51,961 bases of DNA, taken from IMG/VR virus record IMGVR_UViG_3300043416_000423, positions 1 through 51,961 of that record; one strand, 5' to 3'. Source of the stretch: a virus (taxonomy: Duplodnaviria > Caudoviricetes). Within the stretch, counting starts at the first letter, position 1. Each line of letters begins with the position of its first letter. Positions 9,042 through 20,386 of the stretch are shown piece by piece. Below the pieces are notes generated by a model. It was not told where the DNA came from, did no database searches, and saw only the letters and a list, made by a program, of their open reading frames with translations. The translations under genes were made by a program, and so were the position numbers.

Positions 9042-9651
9042 CAAAGTAAGACCAACCATTTTTATTGTGTTTGATCCAGTGATATAATGTAGGATATTTT
9101 ACATTAGGATATTTTGAATTTGCATCTCGAATGGAATCAAAAACTGTTGTTCCATCAGTCACTTTTCTTACATTTGTTTTCATATTAGACATTTTTTGTC
9201 TATGTTTTTCTCTAATTATAGGATCATTCATAGGATTATTGTTTTTCGTGAATTCTCTTTTTCTTTGTCGTCCATCTTCTGTCAAAGTTGATCTGCTATT
9301 AGCTAATCCTATTTTCCTTTTGGTTTCTTCTGATGGCATCCAACCAAATGCACCTTCTCCACCATAGGTCATATTATAACCATGACCATCTCTAAAGTGT
9401 GTATTGTGTTCAAGTATCATTTTATTTTCAACAACATTCAATGTATGTTCTCTGTCTTCACTTTGATATAACACTTCCCATTCAAAGTTTTCTATTCCAT
9501 ATTTTTGTATTGCTCTGTATATTGGATATCTTTTGTTTTTCCTGGTTATAGCTTCACATATATGCACTGATTTGCGGGAAGGCCATTTTGAATCAAAACC
9601 AACATATGCCTTCCCGTTTACTTTATTTGTCGCTTTATAGATGGTATACAT
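9037..9651 (-). CDS. Free-standing GIY-YIG homing endonuclease with NUMOD3-type C-terminus
   Basis: TIYKATNKVNGKAYVG, GYNMTYGGEG, SEETKRKIG; start moved to MYTIY (9651) behind a GGAG SD. Confidence 0.88.
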   Translation of the reverse strand: MYTIYKATNKVNGKAYVGFDSKWPSRKSVHICEAITRKNKRYPIYRAIQKYGIENFEWEVLYQSEDREHTLNVVENKMILEHNTHFRDGHGYNMTYGGEGAFGWMPSEETKRKIGLANSRSTLTEDGRQRKREFTKNNNPMNDPIIREKHRQKMSNMKTNVRKVTDGTTVFDSIRDANSKYPNVKYPTLYHWIKHNKNGWSYFV

Positions 9652-9686
9652 AAATGTCTCCATATTATTGTTTACCATCTATTTAG
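9637..9686 (-). promoter_or_regulatory. RBS/start-sequestering hairpin plus overlapping late promoter (CTAAATA) of the endonuclease gene
   Basis: Perfect 10-bp inverted repeat 9637-9646/9673-9682 enclosing SD and ATG; CTAAATA at 9680-9686. Confidence 0.7.
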
Positions 9687-9716
9687 CTCATTCTACCATG
9701 AGGTTATCGGTAGATT

Positions 9717-11426
9717 CTAGAATTTTCCAACAACCTCTTCAAAAGCAACACCTGTACGAACTGCTACGAAGTTCAACTGGATAAAGTTGATAGAACGTGC
9801 TGGTTTGATGTAAATATCACCAATAAACTCGTTACGATCAATAACTTCTGGTGTGTTATTAGTTGTGTCACAAACTACACGGAAATCAAAGATACCACGA
9901 CGACCTTGTACATCTCTAAGGAATGGTTCAACTAGTGCTACGAACTGTGCTCTTGTAAATTCATCGTTGAATTCAAAGAGTGAATACTTAGCTGCTCTTG
10001 CAATTGCCTTTTCGAGAACAATGAATAGTCTTCTCACATTGATTCTGTCAAAAGCAGAAGGTTTAGCCAACATGGTCTTATCACCATACAGAACAACACC
10101 TTCACCTGGGAATGTAACTACAGGATTGATACCATTCTTATAAAGTTCATCTCTATCTGTCTTATCTGCATTCCAAGCAAGTTTAACAACATTCTTAATC
10201 TGACCACGATTGAAACCTGCAGGTGAATACCATGGATCTCTTTCAAAGTCTGTTCTTACACAAAGACCAGCAATGTCACCATTAAGTGGTACCCAACGAT
10301 AAACGTTATTATACTTATCGAATTGAAGCTTCCAGTTATTATCCATTACAGCATATGAAGAAGAATTGAATAGATTTCTATATGTGATAAGATCATCTGC
10401 TTCTGAGCCAACATTGTTGACACAATCAGCATAAAGAGGTGATACGAAAGCGACACAATCTTTTCTGGTACCAGCAATATTATCTACAACATATTCAGCA
10501 ACAGTGTTATTTGCAGCACCAGTTACGATAAGAGAAATATCAACTTCTTCTGGATTCTTGAATTTATCATATGCAATAATGAGGTCTGCATCTGTTGGTA
10601 GTCCGTCTGCACCAGCACGTAAAGTACTGTCATATTCTGTTAGACCTTGTGAGAATGTAGTATTTGATGCACTATATCCCCAATTTGTAGTATTTGCTAT
10701 GCCATTAGCATTTAATGCATGCTTTAGAATATAAATGTATCTTGATCTTTCATTTATTACGTTAACATAGTAGTTTGAAGAACCATCATCGTTTGTAGCA
10801 TCATATGCTTTAGAGACATAGCTAAACTTTTCTAATACTGTATTAGATACTCCTGTAAATGAGCCACCACTATCGAATACAATGATATGCATTTCATCGT
10901 TAGCACCATTTACGTTGTCAACGTATGTTGATGTGCCAGGAACACTATTAAATTCATTTTTATATGTCCATGTATCATATGCTACAGAGTTTGATGAAGC
11001 CCATAGATTAACTTTTAATGAATTGCCTAAACGACCTGGATATCTTGCTGCAAACATACCATAAGAATTAGCAGCTGATAGATCCATGTATTCAGTTTCA
11101 TATGAATCACGGTTTTTAATCAATAGACCTGAAGATCCATTTGCAACTGCGTTTTTAGCTACTGTATTTGAAGCAGCACGAACAACCTTTAGATTTCTTG
11201 CATATGAAAGGAAGTTGGATGCAGTAAAGAATGAACGGAATGTATTAGCATCAGGTTTACCAAATGTATTAACCAATTCTACTTCATTACTAATTGTAAC
11301 CACAGCGTCCATTGGACCCCAAATAAAGGAACCAGCAAAAGCACCTTCAGTAGTTCCTACTGCTGGTACAATAGTTGTCAAATCAATTTCAGAGACATTT
11401 ACACCAGGTGATAATTGAAAAGCCAT
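9717..11426 (-). CDS. gp18: Tail sheath protein
   Basis: MAFQLSPGVNVSEID, PWYSPAGFNRG, FDRINVRRLF, YIKPARSINFIQLNF. Confidence 0.98.
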   Translation of the reverse strand: MAFQLSPGVNVSEIDLTTIVPAVGTTEGAFAGSFIWGPMDAVVTISNEVELVNTFGKPDANTFRSFFTASNFLSYARNLKVVRAASNTVAKNAVANGSSGLLIKNRDSYETEYMDLSAANSYGMFAARYPGRLGNSLKVNLWASSNSVAYDTWTYKNEFNSVPGTSTYVDNVNGANDEMHIIVFDSGGSFTGVSNTVLEKFSYVSKAYDATNDDGSSNYYVNVINERSRYIYILKHALNANGIANTTNWGYSASNTTFSQGLTEYDSTLRAGADGLPTDADLIIAYDKFKNPEEVDISLIVTGAANNTVAEYVVDNIAGTRKDCVAFVSPLYADCVNNVGSEADDLITYRNLFNSSSYAVMDNNWKLQFDKYNNVYRWVPLNGDIAGLCVRTDFERDPWYSPAGFNRGQIKNVVKLAWNADKTDRDELYKNGINPVVTFPGEGVVLYGDKTMLAKPSAFDRINVRRLFIVLEKAIARAAKYSLFEFNDEFTRAQFVALVEPFLRDVQGRRGIFDFRVVCDTTNNTPEVIDRNEFIGDIYIKPARSINFIQLNFVAVRTGVAFEEVVGKF

Positions 11427-11469
11427 TTCTCATTCTCCTTTTGAGAGGGTTATCGTTATTGTTGTTGAT

Positions 11470-11476
11470 TATTTAG
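11470..11476 (-). promoter_or_regulatory. Late promoter (CTAAATA) for gp18
   Basis: Late-promoter variant upstream of the gp18 SD AAGGAG. Confidence 0.6.
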
Positions 11477-11504
11477 AAAAATGAAGATTTCTATCATTTT
11501 TCTC

Positions 11505-11533
11505 TTGACAGCCTCTTGACAGTGTGGTATAAG
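11505..11533 (+). promoter_or_regulatory. Sigma70-type promoter pointing antisense into gp17
   Basis: TTGACA (11505-10), 17 bp spacer, TATAAG (11528-33), extended -10 TG at 11525-26. Confidence 0.65.
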
Positions 11534-11568
11534 ACGTATGTCGCTGTTTCAATGAATCATTGTAGTTA

Positions 11569-13474
<1,906 letters not shown>

Positions 13475-13484
13475 TTATTTTGAT

Positions 13485-14972
13485 TTATCCAATATGTGGT
13501 TTAAATCCAGCAGAATGCATTTCCGCTGGATGTCCATCATGATATGTACCATTATTGTCAATGTTTTCAATATGGTGAAAAAATCCAGATTGATGTAAAT
13601 CTTTACCAGATGTTGATTTAGTAGCAAATGCTGCTACAATATGTCCGACTTTTTTTCCATCTGGTGTTTTAAGTGTGACATTGGTAGAATCACTGTTTCT
13701 TGCATCATGTTCAGCAGGATACATCATTTTACCAGATACTGTTTTTATTTTTTGAGCAACAGGATAATCTTGATATCTATAGCTTTTATCATTATGTGTT
13801 ACACGACCATAACCATCTTGATGATGATACTCTTGTTTTTCACCTTCTTTTGGTTCCGAAGCTAAGGGTTCATATTTTCTGACAACTTTCAATTTTTCCA
13901 AAGTTGATTTGTATCTTGGATCTCTTTCTCTTCTTCCATTAAAAACCATATATTTTGGTTTTTCTGGAACTTTTTTTTCTAATGGTCTTCTTTGAATATT
14001 TTCTCTTGCCAAACCTGTGACTTTTCCTTTAGCGTCATGCAGTGTCATAGGACCCGGATCAGAAAATATTGTATGAATGCCTTTGTCTGGTGAATGTTCA
14101 GTATTTACTTTTTTCGTATATCGCATTTGTTCTGTTGGACCATAATGTTTATTACCTGTGGCAGGAAAATGCTTAGATATTGCTCCGTCATGAATTTCCG
14201 GACCTGTATCGTCTGAAACAGCAGTTCGAACCAAAACAGTTTTTGCTTCTTTTTTAGCTCTTATTGCTGCTTTATGTATGTCATCAAATGCTAATGTTGC
14301 ATGATCTCTTGTCGCTTGTTCATTATGAGTTAGACCCTGAGTTCTTATTGCCATATGTGCTTGTGTTGAAGAAAATCCATAATTACCATGTTTTGCTAAG
14401 CATGCATTGCGACATGACGCGGATGAACCAGAACACACATTTCTTTCGATTGCATGAGAACCGTCATCAGAAGTATAGTGTCTGGCAATATCAGGAGTGA
14501 ATGCCATACTAATTGGTATATGTCCTTTTAGTCCTAGTCGATGGGGTATTTCTGTTACTGTATCTGTTTTTTCATTAGATGCTATAGCTGGTCCAATACC
14601 AGCTGCTGAACGTCTTTTCTTGGCTTCTGAAACATGTTTTCTATATTCTTTTGGATCATTGTCTCTAAGATTTGCCAATTCATCAAATCGATTTGATACC
14701 CTTTGTTTTAATACTGTTGTTGATGGTACTTCTTTATCAGCATCTCCATAAGTATTAAAAACCCTTTTTAATCTGGGTTTCAAGACTTCCATATATTTCT
14801 TTTTGCCTTCGTCTGACATCCAATCGGGTGTTACAGATTCGATTAGTGGATAATACATTTCGTTTATCCATCCACCAAACCTATATTGCAATTCATCTTG
14901 CGACATAGGATCATATACATTGGTATAAAATGATATATTATTTTCTGTTATAAATTTCTTAAATGTTTTCAT
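13485..14972 (-). CDS. Putative capsid-targeted protein with Cys cluster (GP88-like / Fe-S candidate)
   Basis: Starts MKTFKKFITE; contains VCSGSSASCRNACLAKHG. Confidence 0.5.
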   Translation of the reverse strand: MKTFKKFITENNISFYTNVYDPMSQDELQYRFGGWINEMYYPLIESVTPDWMSDEGKKKYMEVLKPRLKRVFNTYGDADKEVPSTTVLKQRVSNRFDELANLRDNDPKEYRKHVSEAKKRRSAAGIGPAIASNEKTDTVTEIPHRLGLKGHIPISMAFTPDIARHYTSDDGSHAIERNVCSGSSASCRNACLAKHGNYGFSSTQAHMAIRTQGLTHNEQATRDHATLAFDDIHKAAIRAKKEAKTVLVRTAVSDDTGPEIHDGAISKHFPATGNKHYGPTEQMRYTKKVNTEHSPDKGIHTIFSDPGPMTLHDAKGKVTGLARENIQRRPLEKKVPEKPKYMVFNGRRERDPRYKSTLEKLKVVRKYEPLASEPKEGEKQEYHHQDGYGRVTHNDKSYRYQDYPVAQKIKTVSGKMMYPAEHDARNSDSTNVTLKTPDGKKVGHIVAAFATKSTSGKDLHQSGFFHHIENIDNNGTYHDGHPAEMHSAGFKPHIG

Positions 14973-15246
14973 CCTTAAGATACCTTATTCTTGCGTGTTT
15001 GACTTCTGCTATCGCATCCTCTAATTCAATATCAAACCATTCACCATGTGTCTTTCTATACTTTATAGTCTTATGAATAGTTTGTTCCAACAATCTTACT
15101 TGACTTTCTGGTATTTCTTCTATATAATGTATCTTCAACTCATATGGATGCCCAGTTTGAAGATTCTTTAGTCGTTGTTCTAAATTTCCTGTAATTCCGA
15201 TTTTATATGGTTTATTAGTACCACCTATAACATAGATATAATTCAT
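14959..15246 (-). CDS. Minimal GIY-YIG nuclease (T5orf172/MUG113-like)
   Basis: YIYVIG...YKIGIT...QRLKNLQTGHP...LEQTIH...GEWF. Confidence 0.85.
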   Translation of the reverse strand: MNYIYVIGGTNKPYKIGITGNLEQRLKNLQTGHPYELKIHYIEEIPESQVRLLEQTIHKTIKYRKTHGEWFDIELEDAIAEVKHARIRYLKDENI

Positions 15247-15662
15247 TGCTTTTCTTCTTTTACTTTTTTAAGTAATTGTGCTGTAGTACCAACAAAAATC
15301 GCTTTTTCAACATTGATTGCACCATCAGGTTGTGTTGGCTTACCATTTACTTGCTTTAACTCTTTGGTCTTTTTTTGTAGATCATATAAGTCTTTGGTTG
15401 TTTCTGAAATTGTCTTCATCATTGTTGCAAAGACTTCATATGCTCTAGGACTTTCACTTTGTATGGCAAGTTCTTTCATATTTTCCATTGCCAGATTACC
15501 TTGTGTAATTAGATTTCTGAATGTGTTTCTAGCAAGATTATAGTCAGCTTCAGCATCAGATGTTAATTGAACTTCTTCTACTTGTTTGATTGGTTCTAGT
15601 ATTTCCTGTTTCTCAAAAGGAATATCTAGAGCATTTGATAATGAGTCATTTATTTTTGTCAT
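15243..15662 (-). CDS. gp16: Terminase small subunit
   Basis: DYNLARN, AIQSESPRAYEVFA, IFVGTTAQL. Confidence 0.93.
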   Translation of the reverse strand: MTKINDSLSNALDIPFEKQEILEPIKQVEEVQLTSDAEADYNLARNTFRNLITQGNLAMENMKELAIQSESPRAYEVFATMMKTISETTKDLYDLQKKTKELKQVNGKPTQPDGAINVEKAIFVGTTAQLLKKVKEEKQ

Positions 15663-16684
15663 GTATTAGCACCGTTTTCAGTATCAGGCCATTCAAGAAT
15701 AGTTTCCATGTATCCAAAATCGGAACCCGGTTCAGCATCAATAGGATCAGGCTCTATAGTTATACTGACAAGTTTTAATGGTGTAGCATCAAATGTTTGT
15801 AGATTATATATTGCATTAGTAGATAATGCTCGAATAGTATTATTAACTTTGAATTGACCTTGGGCACCAGATATAATCAGTTTCTGATTTGGTCTAGACC
15901 AATCGATAACTGTTGCTATTGCTGTTGCTGTTTGATACGTATCTCCCTGATAAACAGTATCAGATATCTTGAATGTTCCGTTGTTACCAGTGCCTGTGTT
16001 TATCTTGATAGTATAACCAGCAACGATTGAAGGATCGTTGAAGATATTAGCAATAGACTTTCGAATAATCTTGGGTGTAGAAATTGGTCCAAAAAGATAA
16101 CCTTTGAGAGTAAATGTTAGTGTCCAATATACGTAACGAACAGAATCATAATTGCCTTCATATTGAGGATTATATGAAACATCATTAAGAATGATTGGAA
16201 TATCTTTCAAAATACCTAGTTCGGGTATTGGATTCACTGTCATTGTAAAATCAGGTTGGAAATATGGCAAAATCTGTTCAATAATCTGATTACCGTCATC
16301 AATTGTTTTTGTGTATATGTTTAGTTCAAATGTGAAATCGTATGGTGCACCCATGTATGCTGATGCTATACCATTAGCACCACCACAGTTATACTGCTTA
16401 AGTAACGAATTTTGTTTTCTTGATGTATCATAAGTTATGCCAGTAGGTGTTAACTCAAACGACATTCTTGGTAGAGTTGTTTGAATTTGTCTGAATAAGT
16501 CAGGATCAGAAGCATATCTTGTAACAAACTTATCTTTGGGTGCATAGATAAGTGGTACTTTTACTCTCTGTATTTCAATATCAGAGTCTTTTTCACGCCT
16601 AACAATAGTAATATTATTGAACATATTGCCCATGATTACAACATATTTACGTATTAGTTTATAGTAAAAAGGACTTGATAACAT
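15659..16684 (-). CDS. gp15: Tail sheath stabilizer/terminator, with extra C-terminal beta domain
   Basis: KVPLIYAPKDKF, LPRMSFE, QIIEQILPYFQP, WTLTFTLKGYLFGP. Confidence 0.93.
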   Translation of the reverse strand: MLSSPFYYKLIRKYVVIMGNMFNNITIVRREKDSDIEIQRVKVPLIYAPKDKFVTRYASDPDLFRQIQTTLPRMSFELTPTGITYDTSRKQNSLLKQYNCGGANGIASAYMGAPYDFTFELNIYTKTIDDGNQIIEQILPYFQPDFTMTVNPIPELGILKDIPIILNDVSYNPQYEGNYDSVRYVYWTLTFTLKGYLFGPISTPKIIRKSIANIFNDPSIVAGYTIKINTGTGNNGTFKISDTVYQGDTYQTATAIATVIDWSRPNQKLIISGAQGQFKVNNTIRALSTNAIYNLQTFDATPLKLVSITIEPDPIDAEPGSDFGYMETILEWPDTENGANT

Positions 16685-17554
16685 TTATGGGGTTCCGAAA
16701 GGATTGATTTCAGTAAAGTCTATAATAGTATTAGCTTCTGTCTGAATCTGCTTATTGTTGAATAAGTCATAGAAAACATGATCACCTAATGTATCTGTTG
16801 ACGATGGTATTGTTCTTGTATTAGAAGACAAACCAACAACATTTGCTGTTGTTGCAAATATTCCTTTTATGTCTACAAGATATAGCTTTCTTTCATTTGG
16901 CTGCCAATCACTAACTTTAGCAGTAGCTGCTGCACTTGTTAGATTTGCACCTTGATAAACAACTTCACCTATATTATAGTTACCAGAACCACCAACTGTC
17001 AATTCAATTGTATATGAAGCATTTACATCTATTTGATCGATATCGTCAACACCCGTTTCAATCTTCTCATTATTGTATCTAAAGAGTTCACATCTCAATT
17101 CATAAATATATGGTACTCTACGACCTTTGGTAAAGAACATCAGTTCTTCTTCAACGAATTTGACTTCAAATATACGATTCATAACAGGAACAAAAATTAG
17201 ATCACCTTCTCTAGGTCTAATCGTTATGTTTGATGGAATATACTTATCAAATGTTTTCTTTGATACAATGAAGTTTGAACCTTCACGAATCTCAAGACCA
17301 AACTTAGTAAATAGTTCATTATCACCTTCGAATCCGTCAACATTAGCAATATACATTTCCATTTGATATGCACGTTCAAATCTTGATGACGTGTTTTCAC
17401 CAAAAACCATGTCTGTATCATCCCATTCTTCTCTGGGTAAATAGTAAATGTCATGACCATTTATTTTTATTGATTCACCCAATAAATCTTCATACATTCT
17501 CTGTTCATTTATTTTTACAGCACTGAAATTGTTGAAGTAGTGGTTAGTTGCCAT
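16685..17554 (-). CDS. gp14: Neck protein
   Basis: GHDIYYLPRE, FTKFGLEIR, RPREGDLIFVP, FTEINPFG; start MATNHYF. Confidence 0.93.
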   Translation of the reverse strand: MATNHYFNNFSAVKINEQRMYEDLLGESIKINGHDIYYLPREEWDDTDMVFGENTSSRFERAYQMEMYIANVDGFEGDNELFTKFGLEIREGSNFIVSKKTFDKYIPSNITIRPREGDLIFVPVMNRIFEVKFVEEELMFFTKGRRVPYIYELRCELFRYNNEKIETGVDDIDQIDVNASYTIELTVGGSGNYNIGEVVYQGANLTSAAATAKVSDWQPNERKLYLVDIKGIFATTANVVGLSSNTRTIPSSTDTLGDHVFYDLFNNKQIQTEANTIIDFTEINPFGTP

Positions 17555-17561
17555 GTGATTC

Positions 17562-18323
17562 CTAGTTTTTAATTGTTCCTCTGTTCCAACCATCACCAGG
17601 ACAGTCTTTACTTCTTTTATTTATTGTTCCATCGTTCCACCAAAAAGTACCTTTCGTCCATTCAGCATTATTTGGTGGACGACCTTTCATTGTTATGCTA
17701 GTTTTAGCATTCATTTGTTTTTTTAGTTCAGGATCATGTTGTTTACCATAGAAAGGATTCTTATCACCCTTTAATGCTTCACTAACTTTTCCTCTATGTT
17801 CATCAGATAAAGGTCCCATAATTTTACCTTTATTTGATTCAGATATTTTTCTTTTAGTTTCTTCTGATCTTTTTTTGCCACGATTAGATTCAGCTCTTTT
17901 AGCAATTTGTTCTTGTGTTTGTGGAGGCATTTTCTTTCTGCCTTCAATGTATTTTTCTTTATATTCTGGATTTTGATGAAGTTTCTTTGATGCTTCTGAC
18001 AGTTTTTGTTTTACTGTTAATATAGACGAAGCATCATTAGACCAATGACCAAAATGTTTCTTTGATAAATTATAGTATTTGATTCCAATATCAGTATCTT
18101 GTATCAACTGAAGCCATTTATATTCTTCTTCAAGAAGTTTATCTCTATCTATATTTTTTGCAAGTATTCTTCTTTTGAAATCTTGTGGACGATGTTCATA
18201 AGCTTGTTTCATCCAAGAAGAACTACAGATATAACCATCATCAATAGTTCCCCAATGACATCCGATATAATATCGTTTATGCTTACGATCATACCAAATA
18301 TAAATAAAACCCTTTTTTTCCAT
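17562..18323 (-). CDS. Free-standing Seg-like GIY-YIG homing endonuclease with NUMOD3 repeats
   Basis: GFIYIWYDRKHKRYYIG, DGYICSS, SEETKRKISESNKG, WWNDG. Confidence 0.9.
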   Translation of the reverse strand: MEKKGFIYIWYDRKHKRYYIGCHWGTIDDGYICSSSWMKQAYEHRPQDFKRRILAKNIDRDKLLEEEYKWLQLIQDTDIGIKYYNLSKKHFGHWSNDASSILTVKQKLSEASKKLHQNPEYKEKYIEGRKKMPPQTQEQIAKRAESNRGKKRSEETKRKISESNKGKIMGPLSDEHRGKVSEALKGDKNPFYGKQHDPELKKQMNAKTSITMKGRPPNNAEWTKGTFWWNDGTINKRSKDCPGDGWNRGTIKN

Positions 18324-18355
18324 TGCAATCTCCTTTATAAAATGGATTACAATAG
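18320..18355 (-). promoter_or_regulatory. Hairpin covering the translation start of the Seg-like endonuclease
   Basis: Minus-strand CTATTGTAATC pairs with GATTGCAATGG (two G-U), which includes the ATG and the SD end. Confidence 0.6.
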
Positions 18356-18378
18356 TATATATTAAAAAAGTATTCGTG

Positions 18379-19122
18379 TCAACCTAATATAAATTGTGGA
18401 GGCTCTTCATGAGTATTACGAATTAACTGCTCTATTTCTTGTATTTCTTGAACAGCCTCATTATATATTTGCTGACCATTCATCATAACACCACCGGGAA
18501 GTTGCATACCCTGAAACTTCTTCATATTTGTTCCCCATTGCTTTTTGATATATGATGTGGATAGTTTTTTTAGCAATCTATCGTTCCAGACTTTAGTATA
18601 GTTTGCTGGATCAAGAATGATATAGCCCTCAATAATCAACCATTCATCTACTTCAAGATCGTTATTCCAGTCCCAGTCAATGTATAGTTTATTAGAGTGT
18701 CTATTGAATCTAATTGGAACTTCACCGGTGAATAGAAGATCAAGTGTTCTAATATGTTGTTGAGTCAGAACATAATTAACATATGATGTAGATGTAAAGT
18801 CATATAGTTCATGAAGTCTAAGCTGATATCTTAGATCAAACATGTTTACAGAAGCATTGGTAGAACCTACAGGAAAGATTCTGGTTACACCTATGATATT
18901 ATCTGAGATAGGAATGTATTTGTTAGTTTTGTTTTCTTGTGTTAGTTGATGTTTTAGATACCATCTTTCTACAGCATCAAAATGAAAATCTTGAAAGTAT
19001 TGAATTGATTGATCTACAGCATCATCAACTTGGTCATCATCAACGTTGATTTCCAAAACAGGAAAACCTAGCTGCCTCAGACACCACTCTTTATGTTGTT
19101 CTCTTGTTGTAGGAATAGTCAT
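18379..19122 (-). CDS. gp13: Neck protein
   Basis: CLRQLGFPVLEINVDDDQVDD, KQWGTNMKKF.GMQLPGGV..NG. Confidence 0.95.
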   Translation of the reverse strand: MTIPTTREQHKEWCLRQLGFPVLEINVDDDQVDDAVDQSIQYFQDFHFDAVERWYLKHQLTQENKTNKYIPISDNIIGVTRIFPVGSTNASVNMFDLRYQLRLHELYDFTSTSYVNYVLTQQHIRTLDLLFTGEVPIRFNRHSNKLYIDWDWNNDLEVDEWLIIEGYIILDPANYTKVWNDRLLKKLSTSYIKKQWGTNMKKFQGMQLPGGVMMNGQQIYNEAVQEIQEIEQLIRNTHEEPPQFILG

Positions 19123-19724
19123 GAATAACACTTTTCCTTAGTAAAAGTTGTTATCTGGTTGCTGATTTGCTTGTCTTTCACTAACCCCGGATGGTGTTGA
19201 ACTGACTCAAAGAATCGTTTTGAATAGTCATTGATAACACCTACTTGTCGTAGTGCTTCTGCATTGCCTGTTGAGACTGCGCCATGAGATTCAATGTCTT
19301 GTTGTGCCTGTGTTGCCAATCTATCAATCCAATACTTACTTTCTGCAACCTGTAGTTCTTGGTTCTTATACTGTGGATATTTATTATACAGTTGATACAG
19401 AATGTGAAACTCTCTTAAGGCACCAATAATCGCAATCTCCAACTGTTCTAAATCAAGGTTCTTTTCTTCAATCACAAACGGGCAATCTTCTTTTGAGATT
19501 TCATTTTTGATCTTTCTGCGTGAAATGTCTGCTCGCTTGATTGAATAATACTTATTCTGTAGTTCTAGTACACACTGAGCATACTGTCGTTCGGGTGAAG
19601 CATGTGCTTTCACCACAAAGTTCTCAATCTGAAAATCAGACCGACCTTGGAAAATCTCAAGGAAAGCTTCGTGCAGTTCATTATATTTTTCTTCAATCAT
19701 TGTAATGTTAGTGTTAGTTGTCAT
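19119..19724 (-). CDS. Hypothetical coiled-coil protein of the tail-fibre cassette
   Basis: ORF with GGAG SD before MTTNT; RSDFQIENFVV...PERQYAQCVLEL; composition differs from core genes. Confidence 0.6.
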   Translation of the reverse strand: MTTNTNITMIEEKYNELHEAFLEIFQGRSDFQIENFVVKAHASPERQYAQCVLELQNKYYSIKRADISRRKIKNEISKEDCPFVIEEKNLDLEQLEIAIIGALREFHILYQLYNKYPQYKNQELQVAESKYWIDRLATQAQQDIESHGAVSTGNAEALRQVGVINDYSKRFFESVQHHPGLVKDKQISNQITTFTKEKCYS

Positions 19725-19815
19725 TTTTGACTCCATTATATTGATAAGATGAATAGTCTGCAGCAAAAGTATTTCTGTGTGAACTTTTGTTGTGTGCTAT
19801 TATGAGTCCTCATTA

Positions 19816-20352
19816 CTAATTTGTCCAAATCGTATCTACAAGTTTCTGTTGTTCACCAAGAAGTGTGCCAATGGCAGACCGGTATTCATTATTCTTATTT
19901 AGAATGATTGTGGCAATCGTATCAAGTGATGTGTCACGTTCATTAGCCAACGCATTAAGAAATGGAATCTCGCCTGAAGAAATGTTTGGATTGGCTAAGT
20001 ATTTTTTGGCTTCTTCAACCTGAATAAACCACGTTTCTCTTTCTTGTGTAGAGTATGGTTTCACAACTTCTTCCATTTTGACTGAATAGTGCTGTCGAAT
20101 AGCAGGTTCCAACTGAACCAAAGCAGGGTCTGGGTTTGGGTTGAGATCAGACGGCGACACATCACAGATGGTGTTGAACTGTAGTGATGTAATCTCTACA
20201 GCATTCCAGTCTGCTAGAAGTGCTAGGTCATCAATCAGTGCTGCACCGTAGTATGTATCATTGACATACAAACCAGTAATAGACCCGCTTGGTAGAACAC
20301 CTGCTGGACCTTGATTATTTTGATTGAGTGTGTAACGAAAACATTTTAGCAT
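19816..20352 (-). CDS. Putative tail fibre assembly/chaperone protein
   Basis: YSTQERETWFIQVEEA...PFLNALANER...GTLLGEQQKL pattern typical of fibre-adjacent genes; directly downstream of the fibre. Confidence 0.6.
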   Translation of the reverse strand: MLKCFRYTLNQNNQGPAGVLPSGSITGLYVNDTYYGAALIDDLALLADWNAVEITSLQFNTICDVSPSDLNPNPDPALVQLEPAIRQHYSVKMEEVVKPYSTQERETWFIQVEEAKKYLANPNISSGEIPFLNALANERDTSLDTIATIILNKNNEYRSAIGTLLGEQQKLVDTIWTN

Positions 20353-20386
20353 TTCTTTTTAACCCTTGTTTATTAGTTATGTGTTT

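Noticed and set aside
9037-9678. GIY-YIG genes at 9037, 17562 and 38802 as intron-encoded
   Set aside because: Flanking genes are complete with normal termini, and the gaps are too short and lack group I core elements.
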